Below are positions 26,746 to 39,006 of a DNA stretch of 51,907 nucleotides, piece by piece. Positions within the stretch are counted from its first letter, which is position 1. Every line of letters begins with the position of its first letter. The position numbers were made by a program, and so were the translations under genes. The stretch is taken from the NCBI GenBank assembly GCA_035699465.1, contig DASSPT010000042.1:1-51907 (forward strand). The letters are read 5' to 3'. This DNA comes from Gemmatimonadota bacterium (GTDB lineage Bacteria; Gemmatimonadota; Gemmatimonadetes; JACCXV01; JAHWKZ01). Below the pieces are notes generated by a model. That model saw nothing but the letters and a program-made list of their open reading frames with translations, did no database searches and was not told the DNA's origin.

Positions 26746-27855
26746 ATGGCGCGCGTTCGACTGGAGAACGTCCGCAAGGTGTACGGCGTCGAGTCCCAGG
26801 CGTTCGTCGCCGTCCATGGCGCCGATCTGGAGGTTCGGGACGGCGAGCTACTGGTTCTCGTCGGGCCCTCGGGTTGCGGCAAGAGCACGCTCCTCCGGAT
26901 GATCGCCGGCCTGGAGACGATCTCGGAGGGTCGCCTGAGCATCGGCGATCGCGTGGTCAACGACGTGCCGCCGAAGGACAGGGACATCGCGATGGTCTTC
27001 CAGAACTACGCACTCTATCCCCACATGACGGTATACGAGAACCTCGCGTTCGGTCTCAAGCTGCGAAAGCTGCCAGGAGACGAGATCGACCGCCGCGTGC
27101 GCGAGGCCGGCGCCATTCTCGAGCTGGCGGAGATTCTGGACCGCAGACCGCGCCAGCTCTCCGGGGGCCAGCGACAGCGGGTGGCGCTCGGGCGGGCCAT
27201 CGTCCGCCAGCCGGCGGTCTTCCTGTTCGACGAACCGCTATCCAATCTGGACGCCAAGCTACGTGTCCAGACGCGCGGCGAGATCGCGCGGCTGCACCGC
27301 CGGCTCGGCGCGACGATGATCTACGTGACCCACGACCAGGTCGAGGCGATGACGCTCGGGGAGCGGATCGTCGTCCTGAACGAGGGCAGAATCCAGCAGA
27401 TCGACACTCCGCTCGGCCTCTACGAGCGACCCGCCAACCGGTTCGTCGCGGGGTTCATCGGGAGCCCGGCCATGAATCTCGTGGAGGGAGTGGTCGAGCG
27501 TCCGAACGCACCGGTCTTTCGCGCGCTCGATGGCGGCTTGACGATCAACCTGACCTCGGCGGCCGTGCCCGAGGGGTGCATCGGACAACGGGTGACGCTG
27601 GGGATCCGACCCGAGAACATCCGGGTCGCCGGCTCCCTCACGTCGGGAGGGACTCAGAGCGAGGCGACCCTGCTCCTCGATGTCGTCGAATCGATGGGGA
27701 ACGAGATCTTCGTCTACGCGAGGAGCGGCAACCAGGCCATCGTCGCGCGCGTGCCCCCCGAGCCGCTACCCGCTCCCGGCGAACCGATCCGCCTCGTCTT
27801 CGACCTGGACAAGCTCCACTTCTTCGATTCGACCGGTGGAGACCGCCTGGGATAG
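26746..27855 (+). CDS. ABC sugar transporter ATPase (MalK/MsiK/UgpC type)
   Basis: Walker [10 protein letters not shown], signature LSGGQRQR, Walker B FLFDEPLS, and a C-terminal regulatory (TOBE-like) extension. Confidence 0.9.
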   Translation: MARVRLENVRKVYGVESQAFVAVHGADLEVRDGELLVLVGPSGCGKSTLLRMIAGLETISEGRLSIGDRVVNDVPPKDRDIAMVFQNYALYPHMTVYENLAFGLKLRKLPGDEIDRRVREAGAILELAEILDRRPRQLSGGQRQRVALGRAIVRQPAVFLFDEPLSNLDAKLRVQTRGEIARLHRRLGATMIYVTHDQVEAMTLGERIVVLNEGRIQQIDTPLGLYERPANRFVAGFIGSPAMNLVEGVVERPNAPVFRALDGGLTINLTSAAVPEGCIGQRVTLGIRPENIRVAGSLTSGGTQSEATLLLDVVESMGNEIFVYARSGNQAIVARVPPEPLPAPGEPIRLVFDLDKLHFFDSTGGDRLG

Positions 27856-27879
27856 CGTCCCGGCGCGCGCGGGTGCCGC

Positions 27880-28323
27880 CTACTGACAGCGGGGGAAGGT
27901 CGGCGCGCGATCTCGAACGAGGGTCAACGGCCCGAGTATGCGATCATCGGGCTCGGCGACGATGACGAGATCGAGCCGGCCGCCGACGATCCTTCCCGCG
28001 TAGCGGGCGCGCAGCGACTCGTTCGGCGGCACCGGACCCGGCCACCACGGGCCGGTCGCTTCGAAGCGACCATCGTCGAGGAGTATCGGCCCATCGATCC
28101 GTCCGTCCGCGCAGGGCAGCTCGACGCGGGCGCCTTCGTCGTCTACGACCAGGGACGCCTCCGAGCCACCCCACTCTCCCGAGAGCGGACCGAACGTGGG
28201 CGCTGGAGCGGTCGCGTGGGACGAGCAACCGGCGGCGAGCGCGCCCAGGGGAAGGATCCGAAGGAGGAGCCGGCGCGCCGAGCGGCCGGTGCCCTCCCGC
28301 GCGCTTGCCATCCCGTGCATCAC
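27880..28323 (-). CDS. hypothetical lipoprotein (147 aa)
   Basis: Basic N-terminus and lipobox LAAGC-SS. The GTG/ATG start overlaps the mug stop (GTGATG). Confidence 0.55.
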   Translation of the reverse strand: MMHGMASAREGTGRSARRLLLRILPLGALAAGCSSHATAPAPTFGPLSGEWGGSEASLVVDDEGARVELPCADGRIDGPILLDDGRFEATGPWWPGPVPPNESLRARYAGRIVGGRLDLVIVAEPDDRILGPLTLVRDRAPTFPRCQ

Positions 28324-28901
28324 CGGCGTCTCCCGACCGCGAGTCCCGCAGCCTTGGCCGCCGCCCGGAACAACGGCGTCAGGTCCTCGAGCTGGTAGTT
28401 CGCGTTGAGACCGCTGGGGTTGGGCAGCGCCCAGACCTCGGCCCCGGCGATCACGTGGTCATCCTGGCGGCCAACCTTTGCCCGTGGCCGTCCGAACGCG
28501 GTCCGATACGCTGTCAGCCCGACGAATGCCACGACCCGGGGCTTCCAGTTGGCGATCTTGCCGACCAGGCGCTTCGCGCCGCGCCGGAGCTCGTCGTCGT
28601 CGAGCTCGTCGGCCCGTGCGGTGGCGCGGTTCACGAGGTTCGTGATCGTGATGCCACGCGAAGCGAGGATATCGCGCTCTTCGTCGTCGAACCCGTCTCG
28701 GGGATCGAGAGCGCGCGGTGTGATGCCGGCGCGATGGAGCGCCTTGTAGAAGCGGTTGCCGGGCCGGGCGAAGTGGGCCTGGGCCGCCGCGGTCCACAGT
28801 CCCGGGTTGATGCCGACGAAGACGAGCCGTATCTCGTTGCCCACCAAATCGGGCACGCTCCTCCCGCGCGCCGCCTCGAGCTCCGTGCGAGTGAATCCCA
28901 C
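28320..28901 (-). CDS. mug: G/U mismatch-specific DNA glycosylase (UDG family 2)
   Basis: GINPG motif (FVGINPGLWT) and the C-terminal NPSGLN motif. GTG start. Confidence 0.8.
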   Translation of the reverse strand: MGFTRTELEAARGRSVPDLVGNEIRLVFVGINPGLWTAAAQAHFARPGNRFYKALHRAGITPRALDPRDGFDDEERDILASRGITITNLVNRATARADELDDDELRRGAKRLVGKIANWKPRVVAFVGLTAYRTAFGRPRAKVGRQDDHVIAGAEVWALPNPSGLNANYQLEDLTPLFRAAAKAAGLAVGRRR

Positions 28902-28916
28902 CGCCGAGCGCGCGGT

Positions 28917-29258
28917 CTAGCGCCGCTCGCCCTCGTCGGGCGGCTCCTCCCCGTCCGCGACGGCGGGGGTGAACCGATCGGCGAGGGATTCGAGCTCGGC
29001 GCTCATCCAACGCAGGGCCTCGACGGCCGACCGTCGCGCCTTCGAGGCCATTTCCGCGGGGCGCGCGGTTCCCGCGCGATTGAGCGCCCGCTCGCACTCG
29101 TCGACGAACGCGCGCGCCCCGGACCGCAGCTCCTCCTGGACCTTGCGACGCTCGGCGCTTCTCCACGCCGCGTCGAGCGTTTCTCCGACCTGCTTTCCGA
29201 GCCGCTTGAGCTCGGCGATCACTTCCGGGTCTACTCCGGCTCGCTCATCCGCGTTCAT
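28917..29258 (-). CDS. hypothetical helical protein (~113 aa)
   Basis: Charged and predicted helical or coiled. The internal ATG at 29258 is preceded by GGAGGAGGAG; the track ORF starts at 29276. Confidence 0.5.
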   Translation of the reverse strand: MNADERAGVDPEVIAELKRLGKQVGETLDAAWRSAERRKVQEELRSGARAFVDECERALNRAGTARPAEMASKARRSAVEALRWMSAELESLADRFTPAVADGEEPPDEGERR

Positions 29259-29294
29259 CTCTCCTCCTCCTGTCATGCCGCACGAAAACCAGGC

Positions 29295-32941
<3,647 letters not shown>

Positions 32942-33178
32942 ATCGACGGCACATCCCTTGCACCACTCCCTGGCGAACCCCCCGCGCCGGGAGCGGTGTG
33001 TCCGGGGGATGAAAAAAGGAGCCCGAAGTTGCTAAATTCCACCTTCCCGAAACCGAGATCAGCTCCAACGAGAACGGCTCGAACCGTTCCCCCGGCCGCA
33101 TCCTGGTCCAAGGCCGCGCGCCCGCCGGGGGCAAATTCTCCGCCGCGACGGCGACTCGCCTCCTACGAGGACCTGCGC

Positions 33179-34225
33179 ATGCCCGAGCACGAAGCCCGCT
33201 GGACGAACATGAGCCCCGTCCCATTCCTCATGGCTTCCTGGTTCGCCCGCCTGGTCGCGATCGGCGCCCTGGTGCTGATCATCCTCATGATCCTCCCCTA
33301 CCCGCTGCGGTACGTCGAGAACGCCGACCAGTACGAGTACCTCCAGAAGGCCGTGGATCTCGGGACGCGCGCCCGGGCCCGGCTGGGTGCCAAGGTGCAG
33401 GAATGGGTTCCGACCCACATCGCGGGTGCGGATCGCACGATGTGGATCCTGGTGGGCGGGTTCCTGCTCGTGGAGATCGCCGCGGCGAGGGTCGGCGGGC
33501 TGTTCGGCGCGCGGGCGGACTACCTGAAGCTCAAGCGCAAGGTGGAGAGCTGGCAGCAGGAGATGGGCCTGGCGAAGGACTCCGCGGTGGCGTCGTCGCT
33601 CAACGCCAAGCTCGAAGCCCTGAAGGAGGGCAGCAAAGGCGACCGCGAAGAGCTCTTGCGGATCTTCGCGGAGACCAAGCGCAAACTTTCGGGGATGGGC
33701 CGCGAGCTCGCCTTCCTGTCGATAGACATCGTGGACTCGACCAAGATGAAGATCGGCGAGGACCAGGAGACGATCGAGTACGACTTCAAGCAATACAAGA
33801 CATTCGTCGACGAGATCCTGAAAGCGAACGGGGTCATCAAGGTGGCCTGGACCCCCGACGGAATCATGGCCTGCTTCTCGAACATCGACACGGCCGTGAA
33901 AACCGGGAAAGACGTGATCCGCGGGTTGAAGCAGTTCAATCGAGATGTCAAGCTCATGAAGTCGGATTTCCGCGTGCGGTGCGGGGTCAACTCGGGCTAT
34001 GTCTACATGGACGACGACGTGCCCCTCGAGGACGTCAGCGACCGGGTGATCGACATCGCAGGGCACATGCAGAAGCACGCGGAGCCGATGACCGTGTCGG
34101 TGGCCAAGACCGTCGTGGAGCCGCTGACCGACAGGGAGGGGTTCGAGGAGACGCCCAAGATCGTGGACGGCTATCAGGTGTACGCCTGGAGCGGAGAGGG
34201 CACCGCCCCCCCTGGAGGGAGCTGA
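33179..34225 (+). CDS. membrane-anchored class III nucleotidyl cyclase homology domain protein (2 TM + coiled coil + CHD)
   Basis: Two hydrophobic helices, a coiled-coil linker, then CHD motifs: FLSIDIVDST, WTPDGIMACF and RCGVNSG. ATG 33179 is preceded by GAGGA 7 nt upstream. An in-frame TTG at 33029 with AAGGAG 7 nt upstream is an alternative, but the intervening codons show weak GC3 bias. Confidence 0.7.
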   Translation: MPEHEARWTNMSPVPFLMASWFARLVAIGALVLIILMILPYPLRYVENADQYEYLQKAVDLGTRARARLGAKVQEWVPTHIAGADRTMWILVGGFLLVEIAAARVGGLFGARADYLKLKRKVESWQQEMGLAKDSAVASSLNAKLEALKEGSKGDREELLRIFAETKRKLSGMGRELAFLSIDIVDSTKMKIGEDQETIEYDFKQYKTFVDEILKANGVIKVAWTPDGIMACFSNIDTAVKTGKDVIRGLKQFNRDVKLMKSDFRVRCGVNSGYVYMDDDVPLEDVSDRVIDIAGHMQKHAEPMTVSVAKTVVEPLTDREGFEETPKIVDGYQVYAWSGEGTAPPGGS

Positions 34226-34228
34226 GCC

Positions 34229-35224
34229 ATGCGGGTCCTGATCACGGGCGGGGCGGGGTTCATCGGCTCCCACCTCGCCGAGTTCCATCTCGAGCGCGGA
34301 GACGAGGTCCACTGCGTCGACGACCTGAGCACCGGCACGCTGGAGAACGTCGCGCCGTTCCGGGATAGCACGGATTTCCGCTTCGACCGCGCGGACATCC
34401 TGACATGGGACGGCCTAACAGAGGCGCTGGCGCGGGCCGAGCGCGTGTATCACATGGCAGCCGTCGTCGGGATGTTCCGCGTCCTGACCGAGCCCGCGGC
34501 GGTTCTCGCGACCAACGTCGCCGGAACCGAGCGCGTGCTGCGCTGCGCAGCCGAGGCCGGCTCCCGGCCGCGCGTCCTGGTGGCTTCCAGCTCGGAGGTC
34601 TACGGTCCGGTTGGAACCCATCGGCTGGACGAGACCGACGCTCTCCTGGTCCACTGCGACACCGCCAAGACGCAGTGGAACTACGCGCTCAGCAAGCTGG
34701 CCGGAGAGGCGCTGGGTATCACCTACGCCGGCTCATTCGACCTGCCCGTGACGATCGTGCGGCTGTTCAACACCACTGGTCCGCGGCAGTCCGGGCGCTA
34801 CGGAATGGTCGTTCCGCGCTTCGTGCGTCAGGCGGCTCTCGGCGAGCCGCTCACCGTCTTCGGCGACGGACTCCAGACGCGCTCCTTCTGCCACGTCGGC
34901 GACTCGGTGCGCGCGCTCCATCTGCTCTGCGAGAGCGATGCCGCCGAGGGAGAGATCGTGAACGTCGGCAATGACCGCGCGATCACGGTCCTCGACCTCG
35001 CGAACCTGGTGCGTTCGATGGCCGGCAGCAGCTCGCCGGTGATCTTCGTCCCCGACAGCGAGGCGTACTATCACGGCTTCGTGGGGATCCGGCACCGCAA
35101 GCCCGCCCTCGACAAGCTCAAGCGCCTGGTCGGCTTCGAGCCCGAGCACACGCTCGAAGACACGATCACCGATCTGCTCGCCGCAATACGGCCGACCGCC
35201 GAAGGGGCCAGGGCCACGGGCTGA
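34229..35224 (+). CDS. NAD-dependent nucleotide-sugar epimerase/dehydratase (extended SDR)
   Basis: GGAGFIGSH Rossmann motif and the YxxxK catalytic pair (YALSK). It starts 3 nt after the cyclase stop, with GGAGGGAG upstream. Confidence 0.85.
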   Translation: MRVLITGGAGFIGSHLAEFHLERGDEVHCVDDLSTGTLENVAPFRDSTDFRFDRADILTWDGLTEALARAERVYHMAAVVGMFRVLTEPAAVLATNVAGTERVLRCAAEAGSRPRVLVASSSEVYGPVGTHRLDETDALLVHCDTAKTQWNYALSKLAGEALGITYAGSFDLPVTIVRLFNTTGPRQSGRYGMVVPRFVRQAALGEPLTVFGDGLQTRSFCHVGDSVRALHLLCESDAAEGEIVNVGNDRAITVLDLANLVRSMAGSSSPVIFVPDSEAYYHGFVGIRHRKPALDKLKRLVGFEPEHTLEDTITDLLAAIRPTAEGARATG

Positions 35225-36609
35225 TGGCGGTATATCCGCTATTCGTAATCAGCCCCAATACGATCGTCAGCCTCGTAGGTTACGTTCGCGGTCCCGACAA
35301 GACGATTCCCGTGCCCACCGAGGACTATCGGCAGGCGAGGGTCGACGTGGTCATCCCCTGCCTGAACGAGGAGCGGAACATCACGCTCGCGCTCGCCTCG
35401 GTCGCGCGTCAGACGATGCAGCCACGGCGGATCATCCTGGTGGACGACGGGAGTCTGGATCGGACAGTGGAGTTCGCACAGGAGTTCTGTCACGTCAACG
35501 GAATCGACTTGATCGCGATCCGGCGCAAGAAACCGATCGGAAAGACTCCGACCTTGAAGCGACAGGCTCGCGAGTTCGATTCCGACGTCGAGTTCATCTT
35601 GGACGCCGATACCGTGCTGGAGTCGGAGAACTACATCGAGCGGACCGTGGAGGAGCTGTACAAAGCGGTGGGAATCGCGAGCGCGTGCGGGATCATCATG
35701 CCGCAGCGGGCGCGGGACCGCGACCGCTTCGGGAAGACGACGGCCATGCAGCGCTTCCTCGTGAATCACCCCGAGGGCAAGGTCTACGAGGACAGGAGCC
35801 GGATGCGGCGCTTCCTGCGCGGGATCACGAACCTCTACCGGGAGACCCTGTACGTCTATCTCCAGCGTTTCATCTACCGGGGCCAGATGACGTTCTTCGG
35901 ATCGATCTCGGGTCCGATCGGGTGCGCCGTCGCGTACCGCCGGCAGTACGTGGAGAACCTGTTCGACAAGTACGAGCCGATCATGGGCGACGATCTCACG
36001 AATTCCGAGGACGTTTTCCTCGGCCTCGCCTCCCTCAACGAAGGCCACCGGAACATCCAGCTCCAGGACGTCGTAGCCCGCACCGAGGAGCCCGAGTTCC
36101 AGCGCCTCCACAAGCAGCTCTATCTGTGGTCTTCGGCGTTCCTGCAGAGCGCGTTCTATTTCGACCCGCTCATGTGGAGCCCGTTCAAGTCCATGCGCCG
36201 GCTGATCAACGGCGACTGGCGGCGCAACAAGGTGCGCTCCTACGACGAGCGCCGGCGGGTGGCCGAGCCGTACCGTCAGGCGTTCGGCGAAGAAGTGACG
36301 AAGAGCCGGGGCCGGCCCATGGGATGGGTGCTCCTCATGGGCGTTATCGAAAAGCTGTTCTTCCCGGCGGCGATCATCATCATGATGCTCCTCGGATGGT
36401 GGGAAGCGCTGCTGGTGACGATCGTGGCCGAGATCCTGCTGGCGTCCACCCTGCTTGCGATCTCCTCGCCGGGCCAGCGGGTCGAGTACTTCCTCAAGTG
36501 CCTGCTGATCACCCCTATCCGGTACGTGTCGCTGATGTGGGACTTCGTCACCTCCATGCGCTTCGCCGCCGATCTCTGGATCTTCGGCACCCGGAAGTGG
36601 CGCAAGTGA
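35224..36609 (+). CDS. processive family-2 glycosyltransferase (PgaC/cellulose-synthase-like polysaccharide synthase)
   Basis: The ATG overlaps the epimerase stop (TGATG). Motifs: VVIPCLNEE, DDGS, DAD, SED and a QxxRW-like QLYLW, followed by C-terminal TM helices. Confidence 0.8.
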   Translation: MAVYPLFVISPNTIVSLVGYVRGPDKTIPVPTEDYRQARVDVVIPCLNEERNITLALASVARQTMQPRRIILVDDGSLDRTVEFAQEFCHVNGIDLIAIRRKKPIGKTPTLKRQAREFDSDVEFILDADTVLESENYIERTVEELYKAVGIASACGIIMPQRARDRDRFGKTTAMQRFLVNHPEGKVYEDRSRMRRFLRGITNLYRETLYVYLQRFIYRGQMTFFGSISGPIGCAVAYRRQYVENLFDKYEPIMGDDLTNSEDVFLGLASLNEGHRNIQLQDVVARTEEPEFQRLHKQLYLWSSAFLQSAFYFDPLMWSPFKSMRRLINGDWRRNKVRSYDERRRVAEPYRQAFGEEVTKSRGRPMGWVLLMGVIEKLFFPAAIIIMMLLGWWEALLVTIVAEILLASTLLAISSPGQRVEYFLKCLLITPIRYVSLMWDFVTSMRFAADLWIFGTRKWRK

Positions 36610-38318
36610 AGGCCTTCGTGCTCGTCCTCTCGTTCGCGCTCGTGAGCCCGGCGGGCGTGGCGCTCGCCCAGGAGCCGGCCGTGCCGGCCGCCGGTATGGC
36701 CGCGGAGGCGGCGGGGGACCTGGACGCCGCGATCGCCGTCTACGAAGAGGCCGCGCGCGAGGGCGGCCGCGCCGACCTCTGGGTCCGGATCTCCCGCATC
36801 GAGGCCACGCGCGACAACCCGCGAGCGGCGCTGGATGCGATCGAGCGCGCAGTGGAGCTCGAGCCCGGCGACGTGGAGCACCTCCGCGCGCGGGCGGAGC
36901 TCGCCTCGTGGGCCGGCGACTACGAGCGCGCGGCCGACAGTCATCGGCGGATCGGGGAGCTGACCGGAGATCCGTCCGCCGAACTGGGCCTGGCGCGGAT
37001 CGCCGCCTGGCAGGGGAAGACCGCAGTCTCGATACGGCATTATCGGGAGTACCTGAGGAGGCAGCCGGCCGATTCCGTCGCGACGATCGAGCTGGCGCGG
37101 CAGGAGACCTGGCGCGGGAACGCACGCGCGGCGCTGAGGGTTCTCGATGGATACCGGGCGCGGTTCGGCGAGACCGTCGACTACCGGATCGAGCGCGGTC
37201 GCGCGCTCGTGACCGGGAATCGGCCGCGCGCGGCGATCGAGATCCTGGAGCCGCTCGTAACGGAGCGCCCCGGTGACTACGAGGCGCGACTGGTCCTGAC
37301 GCTCGCGCTGTCCGACGCGGGGCGCCGTCGGGACGCCGTCCACTCCGCGGATGAGCTCCTGCGAATCGATGCGGCGAATCCGCGGACAGCGGAGGTGCGG
37401 GCCTACGTCACGGCGCCGATCCGTTCCTTCGTCCGGCCGCGGTACGAGTACTACGACGACTCCGACGAGGTGCGCCACGACCTGTACGGATTCGAGGTCG
37501 GCGTGGAGCTCTCGCCGGACTCGAAACTGGTCGGTCAGGGCAGCGATACCCGGGTGCGGTCGGAGCCAGGGTCGGGCCTGGCGCCGCTCTCGGGCGATGC
37601 GACCGTTCACGAGCGGGCCGCGGACGCTGGGATCGTCTACGGACTCGGCGGTTACGGAGAGGTCGAGGCGCGCGTGGGAGGCGCGTGGATCGACGACGGC
37701 GGACCGGAGCTCTTCACGTGGCTCGCCGCGCTGCGCCTGGCGGCCTCCGACGCGGTGGGGATCGCGCTATCCAGCGGACGCGACTTCTTCGACGTCTCCG
37801 CGCGCGCGCTCGACCTCGGCATCGAGCGCACGGCCGGCCGCGCCCAGCTCCGCTGGTCGCCCGCGATCGGCTGGACGGTCGACGCCGCCGGCTCGCGGGA
37901 GTCGTACAGCGACGACAACGGTCGCTGGGAGGCCCGGCTGGCGGTGAGCGACGGCGTCCTCCGGCGGCAGCTCGTCAACGTCGACCTGGGCGTGGCGAGC
38001 CGATGGCTGTGGTTCGACGAGAATACCGACAGCGGCTACTACGACCCGGCGCGCTACGAGCAGCACCTGGGGGTCGTGTCCACGTACTGGAAGCTGGGCG
38101 ATCAGTCCGGGCTGTCCGCCCGCGGGGCGATCGGGGCTTTCCGCGACGACGAGATCGAGGACTTCAAGCGCAGCGCGGAGCTCGCCGCCGAGGCGACGTT
38201 CGGCATCACGACCGACTGGTCGCTGGTGGCGCGCGCTGCCTACCTCGACAACGTGCGCTCGGTTACGGGGGCGTTCAGCGCCACCGGGGCGGGCTTGTAC
38301 CTCACTCGCCGGTTCTGA
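36606..38318 (+). CDS. outer-membrane TPR + beta-barrel polysaccharide export protein (PgaA/BcsC/PelB-like)
   Basis: The GTG start overlaps the GT2 stop (GTGA). Signal peptide present. The N-terminal half has TPR-like A/L/R-rich repeats. The C-terminal half has alternating beta-strand patterns and ends ...GLYLTRRF. Confidence 0.65.
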   Translation: MKAFVLVLSFALVSPAGVALAQEPAVPAAGMAAEAAGDLDAAIAVYEEAAREGGRADLWVRISRIEATRDNPRAALDAIERAVELEPGDVEHLRARAELASWAGDYERAADSHRRIGELTGDPSAELGLARIAAWQGKTAVSIRHYREYLRRQPADSVATIELARQETWRGNARAALRVLDGYRARFGETVDYRIERGRALVTGNRPRAAIEILEPLVTERPGDYEARLVLTLALSDAGRRRDAVHSADELLRIDAANPRTAEVRAYVTAPIRSFVRPRYEYYDDSDEVRHDLYGFEVGVELSPDSKLVGQGSDTRVRSEPGSGLAPLSGDATVHERAADAGIVYGLGGYGEVEARVGGAWIDDGGPELFTWLAALRLAASDAVGIALSSGRDFFDVSARALDLGIERTAGRAQLRWSPAIGWTVDAAGSRESYSDDNGRWEARLAVSDGVLRRQLVNVDLGVASRWLWFDENTDSGYYDPARYEQHLGVVSTYWKLGDQSGLSARGAIGAFRDDEIEDFKRSAELAAEATFGITTDWSLVARAAYLDNVRSVTGAFSATGAGLYLTRRF

Positions 38319-38346
38319 GGTCCCGGCCAGCGGATCGACAGGCGCG

Positions 38347-38982
38347 TCAGAGTACGCCGCTCAGGTAGGCGATCCCCATCGCGATCAGGATCGCCGCGCT
38401 GATCCGCGGCAAAGCGTGGTGCCAGCGTTCCACGCGCTCGCCGAGCCTTCCGAGTGCCGCGATGGAGAGCAGCGTCAGCCCGATGATCGCCGCTGCGACC
38501 GTGAGCGCGTACGCCCCCATGACGCCCCAGCAGCTGGCTCGTCCCGCACATAGAGCGACGATCGCGAACTCCTCCTCGTGCGCGAAGCCCAGCACGAAGG
38601 CAAAGGCCGCGATCCCCCAAAGGCCATCACGGCCCTTTGCATCGCGCTGCCCGTGGCCATCGGAATGGGAGTGCGAATGGCCACCGCGCCGCCACTGCAC
38701 GACCCCCATGACGATCAGGACGGCGCCGGCGATCGGACCGACCCAGGGTGTGTCCGTGAGGTCCACCCAGCGGTCGAGCAGCGCGAAGAGGGCGACTACA
38801 GCGAAGGAGGAGACGAGGTGCGCCCCCCCTATGAGGAGCCCCGCCAGCGTTCCCTCGAACCAGGGACGTCGCCGACCCAGTGCATACGCCGCCGCTACGG
38901 GCCAACCGTGGCCGGGCTCCGTTCCATGCAGCGCGCCGATCGTCACGGCCGTGACGTAGGCGGCCTCCGCTCCCTCGATCAT
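38347..38982 (-). CDS. NicO/RcnA-like nickel/cobalt efflux permease
   Basis: HG(T)EPGHG signature (ALHGTEPGHGW), a His-rich loop GGHSHSHSDGHG, and about 6 TM helices. GGAGGGGG SD. Confidence 0.7.
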   Translation of the reverse strand: MIEGAEAAYVTAVTIGALHGTEPGHGWPVAAAYALGRRRPWFEGTLAGLLIGGAHLVSSFAVVALFALLDRWVDLTDTPWVGPIAGAVLIVMGVVQWRRGGHSHSHSDGHGQRDAKGRDGLWGIAAFAFVLGFAHEEEFAIVALCAGRASCWGVMGAYALTVAAAIIGLTLLSIAALGRLGERVERWHHALPRISAAILIAMGIAYLSGVL

Positions 38983-39006
38983 GGCCGCGGCCCCCTCCTG
39001 GCAGGC

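Noticed and set aside
33072-33089. A tRNA-like T-arm sequence (GGCTCGAACC).
   Set aside because: No acceptor stem, D-arm or anticodon arm can be built around it. It is an isolated 6-bp hairpin.
32942-33178. Possible c-di-GMP (GEMM) or other riboswitch, or a long N-terminal extension, upstream of the cyclase/EPS operon. The region contains GGGGCAAA... and a GAACGG-ctcgaa-CCGTTC hairpin at 33072-33089.
   Set aside because: The conserved GEMM-I elements (a GAAA tetraloop context and ACGCAAAGC) are absent. The hairpin is short and has no U-tract. The in-frame TTG 33029 with an AAGGAG SD remains a possible alternative start, but the codons up to 33178 have poor GC3 bias. No RNA family is recognisable by eye, and only cmsearch could settle it.
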